Positions 35,735 through 44,358 of a stretch of 44,358 nt of DNA are shown in pieces. Source of the stretch: an uncultured Chloroflexota bacterium. GTDB taxonomy: Bacteria; Chloroflexota; Chloroflexia; Chloroflexales; Roseiflexaceae. The notes below the pieces were generated by a model. The model saw nothing but the letters and a program-made list of their open reading frames with translations, ran no database searches and was not told the DNA's origin. The position numbers were made by a program, and so were the translations under genes. Each line of letters starts with the position of its first letter. Position 1 is the first letter of the stretch. Where the stretch lies: the NCBI GenBank assembly GCA_937859575.1, contig CALLZL010000290.1, forward strand, positions 1 through 44,358. Direction: 5' to 3'.

Positions 35735-36991
35735 ATGATCGATTTCGATCTTCCCACGCCGGTCAAACGCCAGGTGCAGTTTATCGGAATGCTTGGCGAG
35801 CAGGTCATGCGGCCGGTGGCACGCTATTACGATGAGCACGAAGGCGAACGGCCCTGGGAATATATCAACCTGATCTGGCAGACAGTGCGTGATCAGGGTG
35901 GGCGTAACTTTTCGGCCGATACTACCCCGAAGCTCGATAAAGAAGGCAAGCCGCGGCCACGGATCGGCTACCTGATGCTGGCGCATATGGTCGAGGCGCT
36001 TTCGTGGGGCGATGCCGGCTTGTACCTCTCGACACCGGGATCGGGCCTGGGGGGTGCGGCGGTCGATGCAACTGGTACACCCGCACAGAAGGAGCGTTTT
36101 CTGAAGCGCTTTGCCGAAGGTGAACCGAAGTGGTCGGCCATGGCGATGACCGAGCCGCATGCCGGATCGGATACGGCTGCGATCCGTACGACCGCTCGAC
36201 TTTCGGATGATGGCAGTGCCTGGATTCTCAATGGCGAGAAGATCTTTGTGACGAGTGGTGCCATGGCCGCCCGTGACTCGCAGGGTTTTGTGGTGATCTG
36301 GGCGACGCTCGATGCGAAAGCAGGTCGGGCGGCAATCAAGCCGTTTGTTGTCGAAGCCGGCACGCCGGGGATGACGGTTGCCAAGCTCGAACACAAGCAT
36401 GGGATTCGTGCATCCGACACTGCTTCGATTGTGCTGCAGGATTGCCGCATCCCGCGCGACAATCTGCTCGGGAGCGAAGAGATCGCCGATGTGCGGGCGG
36501 CAGGCAACAAAGGGTTTGCCGGTGCCATGCGCACCTTTGATGCGACCCGGCCGCTGGTGGCGGCATCGGCGCTTGGTATCACCCGCGCAGCGCTCGATTT
36601 CACGGTTCAGTATCTGAAGGAACGTGGTGTGACGATCCATTACGGCCTGCCGCTGCATCAGCAGAGTGCGGTTGAACGTGATCTGATGCAGATGGAAGCT
36701 CAGCACCGCGCCGCCTGGTTGCTGGTATTGCGGGCGGTGACGAAAATGGATGCCGGTGAGGATAATGCCCTCGAAGCTTCGATGTCGAAGGTGAAGGCCG
36801 GCCAGGTTGCGAACTTCGTCGCACAAAAGGCTGTCGAGCTTCTCGGCCCCGAAGGGTATTCGTGCACGCTGCTGGTTGAGAAGTGGATGCGCGATGCGCG
36901 GATTAATGATATCTACGAGGGAACCGGCCAGATCAACCGGTTGATTGTGGCGCGCCGCTTGCTGGGGTATAGTAGCCGTGAGTTGCGCTAG
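35735..36991 (+). CDS. Acyl-CoA dehydrogenase
   Basis: MTEPHAGSD, GEKIFVTSG, DARINDIYEGTGQINRL (catalytic Glu context). Confidence 0.9.
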   Translation: MIDFDLPTPVKRQVQFIGMLGEQVMRPVARYYDEHEGERPWEYINLIWQTVRDQGGRNFSADTTPKLDKEGKPRPRIGYLMLAHMVEALSWGDAGLYLSTPGSGLGGAAVDATGTPAQKERFLKRFAEGEPKWSAMAMTEPHAGSDTAAIRTTARLSDDGSAWILNGEKIFVTSGAMAARDSQGFVVIWATLDAKAGRAAIKPFVVEAGTPGMTVAKLEHKHGIRASDTASIVLQDCRIPRDNLLGSEEIADVRAAGNKGFAGAMRTFDATRPLVAASALGITRAALDFTVQYLKERGVTIHYGLPLHQQSAVERDLMQMEAQHRAAWLLVLRAVTKMDAGEDNALEASMSKVKAGQVANFVAQKAVELLGPEGYSCTLLVEKWMRDARINDIYEGTGQINRLIVARRLLGYSSRELR

Positions 36992-37004
36992 GTGGAGGAG
37001 TAGG

Positions 37005-37188
37005 GGAGCAGGGGAGCAAAGGAACAAAGGAACAAAGGAACAAAGGAACAGAGGAACAAAGGAGCAGGGGAGCAAAGGAACAGAGGAACAAAGGAACAGA
37101 GGAACAAAGGAGCAGAGGGACAGAGGAGCAGGGGAACAAAGGAGCAGAGGGACAGAGGAGCAGGGGAGCAAAGGAGCAAAGGAACAGA
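37005..37188 (+). repeat. Tandem 8-bp purine-rich repeat array, 23 units (GGAACAAA/GGAACAGA/GGAGCAGG/GGAGCAAA/GGAGCAGA/GGGACAGA)
   Basis: Counted unit by unit: 11 GGAA-, 10 GGAG-, 2 GGGA-type units. Contains a 32-bp higher-order duplicate (37109-37140 vs 37141-37172, 1 mismatch). The reverse complement is related to the array at 12755-12906. Confidence 0.95.
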
Positions 37189-37224
37189 GGAACCTGTTCT
37201 TTGTTTTCCGGAAGGGCTATAATA

Positions 37225-38106
37225 ATGCTCACACCTCTCACGATTACCGCACATGCCCGCCTGGCGCCGGAGCATGTTGAGGCAGTTGTTGCGCTGGCGG
37301 GCGAGATTCGCGCATCCGGGATCGATCCGCGTCTGAATGAAGCATGGATCGCTACTCGTGATGGTACACGCGAGGCCGACTGGTTGGCATGGGAAGGAGA
37401 GCGCCTGGTTGGGGTGGCTGCAACTGAGCGGTTTGGCACAACGGCCGAGGCGACGATCGGGCTGCTGCCGGATGCTCCGGCCACGACGGCGGCGGCGCTC
37501 TATGGCGCATTGTGCCGGGCATTACCGCAACAGGGCATTGGGCGGCTTTTACTGCTGCATGATCGGAGGGCGACGACGCTACGGGCGATGGCCGAAGCCA
37601 ATCAACTGACCTTTGATCATGCCGAGTGTGTGATGTGTCGCCCTGGCGATCTTGGTGTGCCGGTGGTGCTGCACGGTTCGCTGGCGATCGTCGAGGCAGT
37701 GGGGGATCTTCTGCCGGCAGCGGCCCATGTGCTGGCCGAGGGTTGGGGCGGTGCCGTGGCTGAGATTCTGGCGCGTATGCAGCAGGATTACGAGCGCGGA
37801 ACGATCCGTTACTTTCTGGCACTGCTTGGCGATGAACCAGTGGCAACGCTCAATATCCAGATGCTTGCAGGGCACCCATGGCTGTATGGCCTGGTTGTAC
37901 GTGAAGCGTACCGTGGGCGTGGCTATGGCCGGCAGATAGTCGCCGCCGCGCTGGCCGAAGTAGCCAGCCAGGAACACGGCGATGTGTTTCTGGAGGTTGA
38001 GCCGGAGAACACGCCTGCTGTGAACCTATACCGTTCGTTGGGCTTCGCAGTGGTGCGAACCTTTGACTACTGGGCGAAGGAGCTGCATGATGGCACATAT
38101 TCGTAA
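37225..38106 (+). CDS. Two-domain GNAT N-acetyltransferase
   Basis: C-terminal half has the canonical LYGLVVREAYRGRGYGRQIVAAAL ...LEVEPENTPAVNLYRSLGF. The N-terminal half is a degenerate GNAT. Stop overlaps the start of the fadN-like gene. Confidence 0.75.
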   Translation: MLTPLTITAHARLAPEHVEAVVALAGEIRASGIDPRLNEAWIATRDGTREADWLAWEGERLVGVAATERFGTTAEATIGLLPDAPATTAAALYGALCRALPQQGIGRLLLLHDRRATTLRAMAEANQLTFDHAECVMCRPGDLGVPVVLHGSLAIVEAVGDLLPAAAHVLAEGWGGAVAEILARMQQDYERGTIRYFLALLGDEPVATLNIQMLAGHPWLYGLVVREAYRGRGYGRQIVAAALAEVASQEHGDVFLEVEPENTPAVNLYRSLGFAVVRTFDYWAKELHDGTYS

Positions 38107-40513
38107 GGTTGCCGTGATCGGTGCCGGTACGATGGGTGGCGGGATCGCTGCCCATTGCGCTAATGCCGGCCTGCCGGTGGTGCTGCTTGATATGGCACCT
38201 GCGGCATTGACGCCTGATGAAGAGGCACGTGGGCTGACGCTCGACGCGCCGCAGGTGCGGAACCGCATCGTTGCTGCCGGCCTGGAGCGGATCACATCGG
38301 CGCGCCCGGCAGCACTCTTCAGCCCCGAGCGAGCGGCACAGATCACGATCGGCAACCTCGAAGACGACCTGCAACTGATTGCCGATGCGGATTGGATCGT
38401 CGAGGCGATTGTCGAACAGCTCGAACCGAAGCGGCAGTTGATGGAACGCATCGAAGCAGTGCGCAAACCGGGGAGCATCGTCTCTTCCAATACCAGCGGT
38501 ATTCCGATTGCCGCGATCGCCGCCGGGCGTTCAGACGACTTCCGTGCCCATTTTCTCGGCACTCATTTCTTCAATCCGCCACGCTATCTCTACCTGCTGG
38601 AGGTGATCCCTACGGCCGACACGCTGCCCGAGGTGGTTGAGCAAATGCGGCACTTTGCCGATACGCAGCTCGGCAAGGGGGTGGTGATCGCCAGAGATCG
38701 GCCGAACTTCATCGGCAATCGAATCTTTACCTATACCGGCCAGGTGGTGGTGAACTATGCACTCGAACACGGCTATAGTGTCGAAGAGATCGATGCGCTG
38801 ACCGGCGAACTGATCGGTAATCCGCGCACGGCCACCTTCCGCCTGATCGATCTGGTAGGGCTGGATATCATGCTGCATGTCACACGCAACCTGTACGAAG
38901 CGGTACCGGAAGACGAAGAGCGTGAGATGTTCCGGATTCCCGCCGCGATCGAAGGGCTGGCGCAGCGTGGCTGGCTGGGTAACAAGGCGGGGATCGGCTT
39001 CTACAAAGAGGTGCGTGGTGGTGCCGGGCGCGAGTTCTGGCCACTGAATCTGCAGACGATGGCGCATGAAGCGCCGAAGAAGCCGCGCTTCGACCTGGTA
39101 GGCAAGGCGCGCAAGATCGACGATTTGCGGCGCCGGTTGCGCATGATCATCGAACAGGGCCAGGGTGATCGGGCCGGCGAGTTCCTGAGCGAGGTGCTGT
39201 TGCGCACCCTGGCGTATGCCGCACGCCGCATCCCCGAAATCGCCGAGAGCATCGTCGATGTCGATCGCGCAATGCGCTGGGGGTTCAACCAGCAACTCGG
39301 CCCATTCGAGATCTGGGATGCACTCGGGGTGGCCAATGGGGTCGCGCGCATGCAGGCGCGTGGCATCGCGATTGCACCGTGGGTCGAGGCGATGCTGGCA
39401 GCCGGGATCGAAAGCTTCTACCGGCGCGACGGCGAGCGTGTCACGGGGGTGTTCAGCCCGCGTGCCGATCGGATCGTCGCCCTTGAGCCGCCGGAAGGCA
39501 CGATCGATCTCGACGATCTGCGGGCGCAGGGGCGCGAACTGAAGCGCAATGCAAGCGCCAGTATCCTCGATCTTGGCGATGGTGTGTTGTGCCTTGAGTT
39601 TCATGCCAAGGTGAATGCGATCGACCCGCTGATCGACGCGATGGGGCGTGAGGCGCTCGAATTGCTTAACAGTGATGATCGCTGGGTGGCACTCGTGATC
39701 GGTAATCAGGCGCAGGATTTCTCGGCCGGCGTGAATCTGGCGGTTGCGGCGATGAGTGTTGCGGCCGGCAAGATCGACGAAGTGCGCCAATCGGGCCGCG
39801 CAACCCAGCAGTTGTTCCAGGCCATACGCCTCAGCCGCAAGCCGATCATCGCCGCACCGTATGGCCGCGTACTTGGCGGTGGGGTTGAGATCTGCCTGGC
39901 GGCGGCGCGCCGTGTGGCGGCGGCCGAAACCTATATGGGCCTGGTTGAACTGGGGGTTGGTTTGATTCCTGGTTGGGGCGGGGGTAAAGAGTTTGTGCGG
40001 CGCTATGTGTCGCCACAGGCCCGTATTCCCGGTACCGATCCAATGCCGGCGCTGCAGCGCGCCTTCGAAACGATCGCATTGGCGAAGGTGAGTGAGAGCG
40101 CCGAACAGGCGCTGCGGCTCGGCTACCTCGATCAGGGTGATCGGATCGTGATGAACCGAGCCCGCCTGATCGCCGAGGCCAAGAAAGAGGCGCTTGCCAT
40201 GGTTGCGGCCGGTTATACCGCCCCGCCGGCCGCCGGCGAGCCGGTGTATGCCGTTGGCCGGCGGGGCATTGCCGTGCTCCAGGCTGCACTGCATGGCATG
40301 CGCGTCGCCGGTTATATCAGCGATTACGACCGGCGGCTGGCGACAGAACTGGCGACGACACTATGCGGCGGGGATCTGACCAGCCCGCAGTGGGTGAGCG
40401 AGCAGTACCTGCTTGATCTCGAATATGAAGCCACCAGCCGGCTGATTATCGAACCAAAAACCCAGGAGCGGATCATGGCGATTTTGCAGAGCGGAAAGCC
40501 ATTGCGGAATTAG
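38090..40513 (+). CDS. fadN: Bifunctional 3-hydroxyacyl-CoA dehydrogenase (N-terminal) / enoyl-CoA hydratase (C-terminal), FadN type
   Basis: [34 protein letters not shown] (Rossmann), then a crotonase-like C-terminal region (SAGVNL...[10 protein letters not shown]). AAGGAG lies 7 nt before ATG 38090 (ATG 38087 also possible). Confidence 0.88.
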   Translation: MAHIRKVAVIGAGTMGGGIAAHCANAGLPVVLLDMAPAALTPDEEARGLTLDAPQVRNRIVAAGLERITSARPAALFSPERAAQITIGNLEDDLQLIADADWIVEAIVEQLEPKRQLMERIEAVRKPGSIVSSNTSGIPIAAIAAGRSDDFRAHFLGTHFFNPPRYLYLLEVIPTADTLPEVVEQMRHFADTQLGKGVVIARDRPNFIGNRIFTYTGQVVVNYALEHGYSVEEIDALTGELIGNPRTATFRLIDLVGLDIMLHVTRNLYEAVPEDEEREMFRIPAAIEGLAQRGWLGNKAGIGFYKEVRGGAGREFWPLNLQTMAHEAPKKPRFDLVGKARKIDDLRRRLRMIIEQGQGDRAGEFLSEVLLRTLAYAARRIPEIAESIVDVDRAMRWGFNQQLGPFEIWDALGVANGVARMQARGIAIAPWVEAMLAAGIESFYRRDGERVTGVFSPRADRIVALEPPEGTIDLDDLRAQGRELKRNASASILDLGDGVLCLEFHAKVNAIDPLIDAMGREALELLNSDDRWVALVIGNQAQDFSAGVNLAVAAMSVAAGKIDEVRQSGRATQQLFQAIRLSRKPIIAAPYGRVLGGGVEICLAAARRVAAAETYMGLVELGVGLIPGWGGGKEFVRRYVSPQARIPGTDPMPALQRAFETIALAKVSESAEQALRLGYLDQGDRIVMNRARLIAEAKKEALAMVAAGYTAPPAAGEPVYAVGRRGIAVLQAALHGMRVAGYISDYDRRLATELATTLCGGDLTSPQWVSEQYLLDLEYEATSRLIIEPKTQERIMAILQSGKPLRN

Positions 40514-40605
40514 CGCATACGGATCTACCGCCGATACAAGCTATTGATGGGTCGTGTCGTGGCAAACACCCGCCATACGACCCACTACGCAACAAGGAAC
40601 ACACC

Positions 40606-41781
40606 ATGCAAGAAGCTGTTATCGTCTCTGCAGTACGGACGGCCGTCGGCAAGGCACCGCGCGGCGCGTTGCGCACCGTACATCCGACCGACCTGGCGGC
40701 CGGTGCGATCCGGGCGGCGGTCGAGCGGTCGGTAGGGCTGGATCCGGCCATGATCGATGATGTCATTATCGGTTGTGCCATGCCCGAAGCCGAGCAAGGG
40801 CTCAACATGGCGCGGGTGGCGGCAGTACGGGCCGGTATACCGGTTTCGGTGCCAGCACAGACGGTCAATCGTTTCTGTTCGTCGGGGTTGCAGACGATCG
40901 CTCTGGCGGCGCAGCAGATCATGAGTGGTATGGGTGAGGTTGTGGTGGCCGGTGGTGCCGAGAGCATGAGTGCGGTGCCAATGACCGGGCATCACTTTGC
41001 GCCGAATCCGGCACTGGCCGAACTCAACCCGGATCTCTACCTCGGCATGGGCCTGACGGCCGAGAATGTCGCCCGGATGTACGAGGTGAGCCGCGACGAG
41101 CAGGATGCCTTTGCGCTGCGTTCGCATCAGCGGGCGCTGGCGGCGATCGAGGCCGGGCTGTTCCGCGATCAGATCGTGCCGATTGAGGTCGAACAGGTAT
41201 GGGTGGAGGATGGTGAACGCCGGCATCTGAGCTACACCTTCGACAGCGACGAAGGCCCGCGACGTGATACATCAGCGGCGGCACTGGCCAAACTGAAGCC
41301 GGTCTTTGCCGCCAATGGCAGTGTGACGGCCGGAAACTCCTCACAGACCAGTGATGGTGCGGCTGCGGTGGTGGTAATGAGCCGTGCGCGTGCCGAGGCG
41401 CTCGGATTACAGCCGCTGGCGCGCTTTGTTTCGTTTGCGGTGGCCGGTGTGCCGCCCGAAATCATGGGTATCGGGCCGGTCGAAGCCGTGCCGAAGGCGC
41501 TACGCCAGGCCGGCCTGACGATTGGCGATATTGATCTGGTTGAGTTGAACGAGGCATTTGCGGCACAGGCCCTGGCGGTGATCCGCCGGCTCGAAATCGA
41601 TGAAGCGATCGTGAATGTCAATGGTGGTGCGATCGCGCTCGGCCACCCGCTTGGCTGTACCGGTGCCAAGCTGACGGTGCAACTCATCCACGAGTTGGCC
41701 CGGCGTGGTGGGCGTTACGGCCTGGTAACGATGTGCATCGGCGGGGGTATGGGGGCAGCCGGGGTGTTTGAGCGCCTGTAG
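40606..41781 (+). CDS. fadA: Acetyl-CoA C-acyltransferase (thiolase)
   Basis: NRFCSSGLQ (active-site Cys), [34 protein letters not shown]. Confidence 0.93.
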   Translation: MQEAVIVSAVRTAVGKAPRGALRTVHPTDLAAGAIRAAVERSVGLDPAMIDDVIIGCAMPEAEQGLNMARVAAVRAGIPVSVPAQTVNRFCSSGLQTIALAAQQIMSGMGEVVVAGGAESMSAVPMTGHHFAPNPALAELNPDLYLGMGLTAENVARMYEVSRDEQDAFALRSHQRALAAIEAGLFRDQIVPIEVEQVWVEDGERRHLSYTFDSDEGPRRDTSAAALAKLKPVFAANGSVTAGNSSQTSDGAAAVVVMSRARAEALGLQPLARFVSFAVAGVPPEIMGIGPVEAVPKALRQAGLTIGDIDLVELNEAFAAQALAVIRRLEIDEAIVNVNGGAIALGHPLGCTGAKLTVQLIHELARRGGRYGLVTMCIGGGMGAAGVFERL

Positions 41782-41861
41782 TGCAGCTGTGCCAATACGG
41801 TACATCCCGATTGTGTCGCGGCGGCCGGGCCGCCCTGGATCAGCATGATATTGAGGAAGAC

Positions 41862-42770
41862 ATGCACTCAATTCGCCTTGCAGCGGCCCCGGTGTCATGG
41901 GGTGTGACCGAAGTCGCGGAGGGTGCGCCACGCGTGCCATGGCAGCAGGTGATGGACGAGATCGCGGCGGCGGGGTACCTGGCCACCGAACTCGGGCCAT
42001 ATGGTTACTATCCGACCGATGCGGCAACCCTGCGCACTGCGCTTGATGCACGTGGGCTGATACTCACCTCGGCATTTGTGCCGTTGCCGTTGGCGGATCC
42101 GGCCGCGTTCGGGCCGGCAACCGAAGAGGCATGGCAGGTGGCACGGCTGCTGGCTGATCTCGGCGCGGCGTATATCGTCCTCTCGGATGCCGGTGATGCG
42201 CTTCGTCGTGCGCATGCCGGGCAGATCGCCCCCGATCAAGTCTTCGGCATGGACGCCGCCGCGTGGAATAGAGCGGCACGGCGGGTCGAGGAGTTTGCGC
42301 GGCGGTTGAATGATCTTGGTTTGCAGACGGTATTTCACCATCATGCCGGCACGTATGTCGAAACCCCGGCCGAGCTACGGGCGCTCTGTGAGCGCACCTC
42401 GGCCGAACTGGTCGGCATCTGCCTCGATACCGGCCATTACCTGTATGGCGGTGGCGAGCCGCGTGCGGCACTGGCAACCTATCGTGATCGGGTGCGTTAT
42501 ATGCACCTGAAGGATGTTGATGCCGGGCGGCTCGAACAGGCGCGTACCGAAGGGTGGGATTTCGTCACCGGTGTCGAACGGGGGGTATTTACGGCGCTTG
42601 GTGCCGGCGCTGCCGATATCGAAGGGTGCCTGGCCGATCTCCGGGCGCTCGGCTACAATGGTTGGGCGGTTGTCGAGCAGGATATCATTGGTGACCATGA
42701 TGCCGCCGGGCGCACACCCTTCGAAGGGGTGAGCGCGGCACGCAGCTTTTTGCGGAGCCTGGGGCTGTAG
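41862..42770 (+). CDS. Sugar phosphate isomerase/epimerase (xylose-isomerase-like TIM barrel)
   Basis: HSIRLAAAPVSWGV..., FHHHAGTYVETP, ICLDTGHY, HLKD, VVEQD are spaced as in AP-endonuclease-2/IolE-like TIM barrels. GAGGAAGA RBS. Confidence 0.75.
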   Translation: MHSIRLAAAPVSWGVTEVAEGAPRVPWQQVMDEIAAAGYLATELGPYGYYPTDAATLRTALDARGLILTSAFVPLPLADPAAFGPATEEAWQVARLLADLGAAYIVLSDAGDALRRAHAGQIAPDQVFGMDAAAWNRAARRVEEFARRLNDLGLQTVFHHHAGTYVETPAELRALCERTSAELVGICLDTGHYLYGGGEPRAALATYRDRVRYMHLKDVDAGRLEQARTEGWDFVTGVERGVFTALGAGAADIEGCLADLRALGYNGWAVVEQDIIGDHDAAGRTPFEGVSAARSFLRSLGL

Positions 42771-42838
42771 CGGTATACCCGGCAGTGCAGCCCGATGGCA
42801 TGCCCACCCGCGCCGATCGGCAAAACCCTTGCCCCGGA

Positions 42839-42868
42839 TTGGACTTTCTCGCAAGAACCGATCATAAT
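42839..42868 (+). promoter_or_regulatory. Sigma70-like promoter candidate upstream of map
   Basis: TTGGAC (42839-42844), 18-nt spacer, CATAAT (42863-42868). Confidence 0.45.
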
Positions 42869-42899
42869 AGTGATTCTGCAATCGCTATAAGGGAAATCA

Positions 42900-43655
42900 A
42901 TGGCTATTGTTCTGCGCAATCAAAAACAGCTGACACAACTGCGTGAAGCCGGCAAGCTGGTGGCCGAGACCTTCACCATGCTGCGCCCGTATGTCCGCCC
43001 GGGGGTCGAGGCGCTCGAACTCGATCGACTGGCGGAAGAGTTTGTTCGCAGCCGGGGTGCGGTTCCAGCCTATAAGGGGTATCGCGGCTTTCCTTCAACA
43101 CTCTGCATATCGCCCAACAATGTGATCTGCCATGGGTTCCCGCGTGATTACCGCCTGAATGAAGGGGATATCGTCGGGATCGACATGGGAGTTGTGCTCG
43201 ACGGCTGGTATGGCGATGCGTGTGTTACCCTGCCGGTCGGCGCGATTTCGGCAGCCGCACAGCGCCTGCTCGATGTGGCCGAGGAAGGAATGTGGTGTGG
43301 CATTCGCGCAGCCCGCGGCGGCAAGCAGCTTGGCGATATTGGGGCCGCCATCCAGCAGTATGTCGAGGCCAATGGGTTTTCGGTGGTGCGGGAATGGACC
43401 GGCCATGGTGTCGGGCAGCGGCTGCACGAAGAACCAACGGTGCTGCACTACGGCAAACCGGGTAGTGGGCTGCGCCTGCGCCCAGGGATGGTCTTTACCG
43501 TCGAGCCGATGATCAATGCCGGCGGTTATGCCACCATCCTCGATCAGGTCGATGGCTGGACGGTACGCACGGCCGATGGTTCGCTTTCGGCGCAGTTCGA
43601 GCATACGATTGCCGTTACCGACGGCGAACCGGAGATTCTGACACTGCCTGCATGA
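42900..43655 (+). CDS. map: Type I methionine aminopeptidase
   Basis: ICHGFP, DIVGIDMGVVLDGWYGDA, GHGVGQRLHEEP, FTVEPM, QFEHT metal-ligand motifs. Confidence 0.95.
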   Translation: MAIVLRNQKQLTQLREAGKLVAETFTMLRPYVRPGVEALELDRLAEEFVRSRGAVPAYKGYRGFPSTLCISPNNVICHGFPRDYRLNEGDIVGIDMGVVLDGWYGDACVTLPVGAISAAAQRLLDVAEEGMWCGIRAARGGKQLGDIGAAIQQYVEANGFSVVREWTGHGVGQRLHEEPTVLHYGKPGSGLRLRPGMVFTVEPMINAGGYATILDQVDGWTVRTADGSLSAQFEHTIAVTDGEPEILTLPA

Positions 43656-44358
43656 CTATTCATTTCCTCATCCAACAGTTGCGCGATCGTGATATCACCA
43701 TCTGGCTCGAGGGTGATCGGCTGCGTTATAGTGCCTCGCCGGGGGCGCTTACGGCCGAACTGCGTGCCGAGATCGTCGAGCGCCGCGATGAGGTGATCGC
43801 CTTTCTGCGCAGTGCGGCGGCTGCCACCGACCAGCCGGCGATCACGCCGGTGCCGCGTAGTGCCGATATGCCGCTCTCGTTTGCGCAGCAACGGCTCTGG
43901 TTTCTCGATCAGTTCACCCCCGGCAACCCGGTGTACAATGTGCCGCTGGCACTCGAACTGCATGGGGCACTTGACATTGCCGCACTCGAACGCAGCCTTG
44001 CCGATCTGCTGATACGCCACGAAGCTCTGCGCACGGTCTTCCCCGAGAGCGACGGAACACCACACCAGCTGATATTGCCGCCGCTACCGCCACAGTTTCA
44101 GTATATCGACCTGCGTGGGTTTGCCGGTGATCGGGCGGCAGAGCTCTGGCGCTTGTTGTACGAAGAGGCACGCCGCCCATTTGATCTTGCGCGTGGCCCA
44201 CTGCTGCGTGCCCTGCTGATCCGATCTGACGAAACAACCTACCGGCTGCTGCTGACGATGCATCATATTGTGTGTGATGGCAGGTCGCTGGGGGTGCTGG
44301 CCAACGATCTGAGTCTGCTGTATGCCGGCCATACGGGCGGTGGTGCTGCATTGCCGCC
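43652..44358 (+). CDS. Non-ribosomal peptide synthetase, N-terminal part: apparent TubC-like docking region plus start of condensation domain (3' end beyond window)
   Basis: Not in the ORF track because there is no stop in the window. My own translation from ATG 43652 (ATGA overlap with the map stop): MTIHFLIQQLRDRDITIWLEGDRLRYSASPGALTAELRAEIVERRDEVIAFL..., then MPLSFAQQRLWFLDQ, and the C-domain core MHHIVCDGRS (HHxxxDG). Confidence 0.85.
   Translation, partial: MTIHFLIQQLRDRDITIWLEGDRLRYSASPGALTAELRAEIVERRDEVIAFLRSAAAATDQPAITPVPRSADMPLSFAQQRLWFLDQFTPGNPVYNVPLALELHGALDIAALERSLADLLIRHEALRTVFPESDGTPHQLILPPLPPQFQYIDLRGFAGDRAAELWRLLYEEARRPFDLARGPLLRALLIRSDETTYRLLLTMHHIVCDGRSLGVLANDLSLLYAGHTGGGAALP

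Noticed and set aside
35639-37171. 510-aa minus-strand ORF antisense to the second acyl-CoA dehydrogenase and running into the repeat array
   Set aside because: Arg/Cys/His-rich composition typical of antisense frames in high-GC DNA. The plus-strand ACAD has unmistakable family motifs, and the N-terminal part is translation of the octamer array.
37218-37223. TATAAT hexamer immediately before the GNAT ATG as its promoter or as evidence for a leaderless mRNA
   Set aside because: It ends 1 nt before the ATG, too close for a transcript starting at or before the start codon. No alternative downstream start codon fits.
38531-40294. 587-aa minus-strand ORF antisense to the fadN-like gene
   Set aside because: No recognisable motifs and biased composition. 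The plus-strand protein is a full-length, motif-bearing FadN-type enzyme.

Overview
High-GC (roughly 60-65% by eye) bacterial chromosomal segment, densely coding, with no rRNA, tRNA, CRISPR or obvious mobile element. Gene content and local synteny (yebC-ruvC, tmk-darA, alaS...ruvX, pdxS-pdxT, a FadN-type beta-oxidation operon) look like core genome of a monoderm-style lineage, possibly Chloroflexota; that is a guess I cannot test here. There are three strand blocks. Bases 3187-22286 are almost all plus strand: GT4 glycosyltransferases, LacD-family aldolase, ftsH, yebC, ruvC, short DarA-like gene, rlmN, hisS, alaS, ruvX. Bases 22295-33111 hold 13 co-directional minus-strand genes: P-loop kinase, DUF2520 reductase-like, DmpA peptidase, DsbA-like, zinc-ribbon membrane protein, darA, tmk, R3H/AAA ATPase, GNAT-like, pdxT, pdxS, rimI-like, lipoprotein. 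Bases 33274 to the end are plus strand: SCP2, two acyl-CoA dehydrogenases, GNAT, fadN-like, thiolase, TIM-barrel isomerase, map, and the start of an NRPS. Four items deserve a second look. (1) A DsbA-like lipoprotein gene has an in-frame TGA exactly at the first Cys of its CxxC motif, followed by a SECIS-like hairpin, so it is either a candidate selenoprotein or a pseudogene. (2) Two long arrays of a related 8-bp tandem repeat (19 and 23 units) lie in opposite orientation about 24 kb apart, both in intergenic spacers of plus-strand operons. (3) A loop-deleted mini DarA paralog is start/stop-overlapped with two glycosyltransferase genes. (4) An NRPS ORF with an apparent N-terminal docking region is start/stop-overlapped with map. 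Several candidate promoters share an extended -10 form (TGnTAnnAT). Most long ORFs antisense to the called genes are treated as high-GC artefacts.
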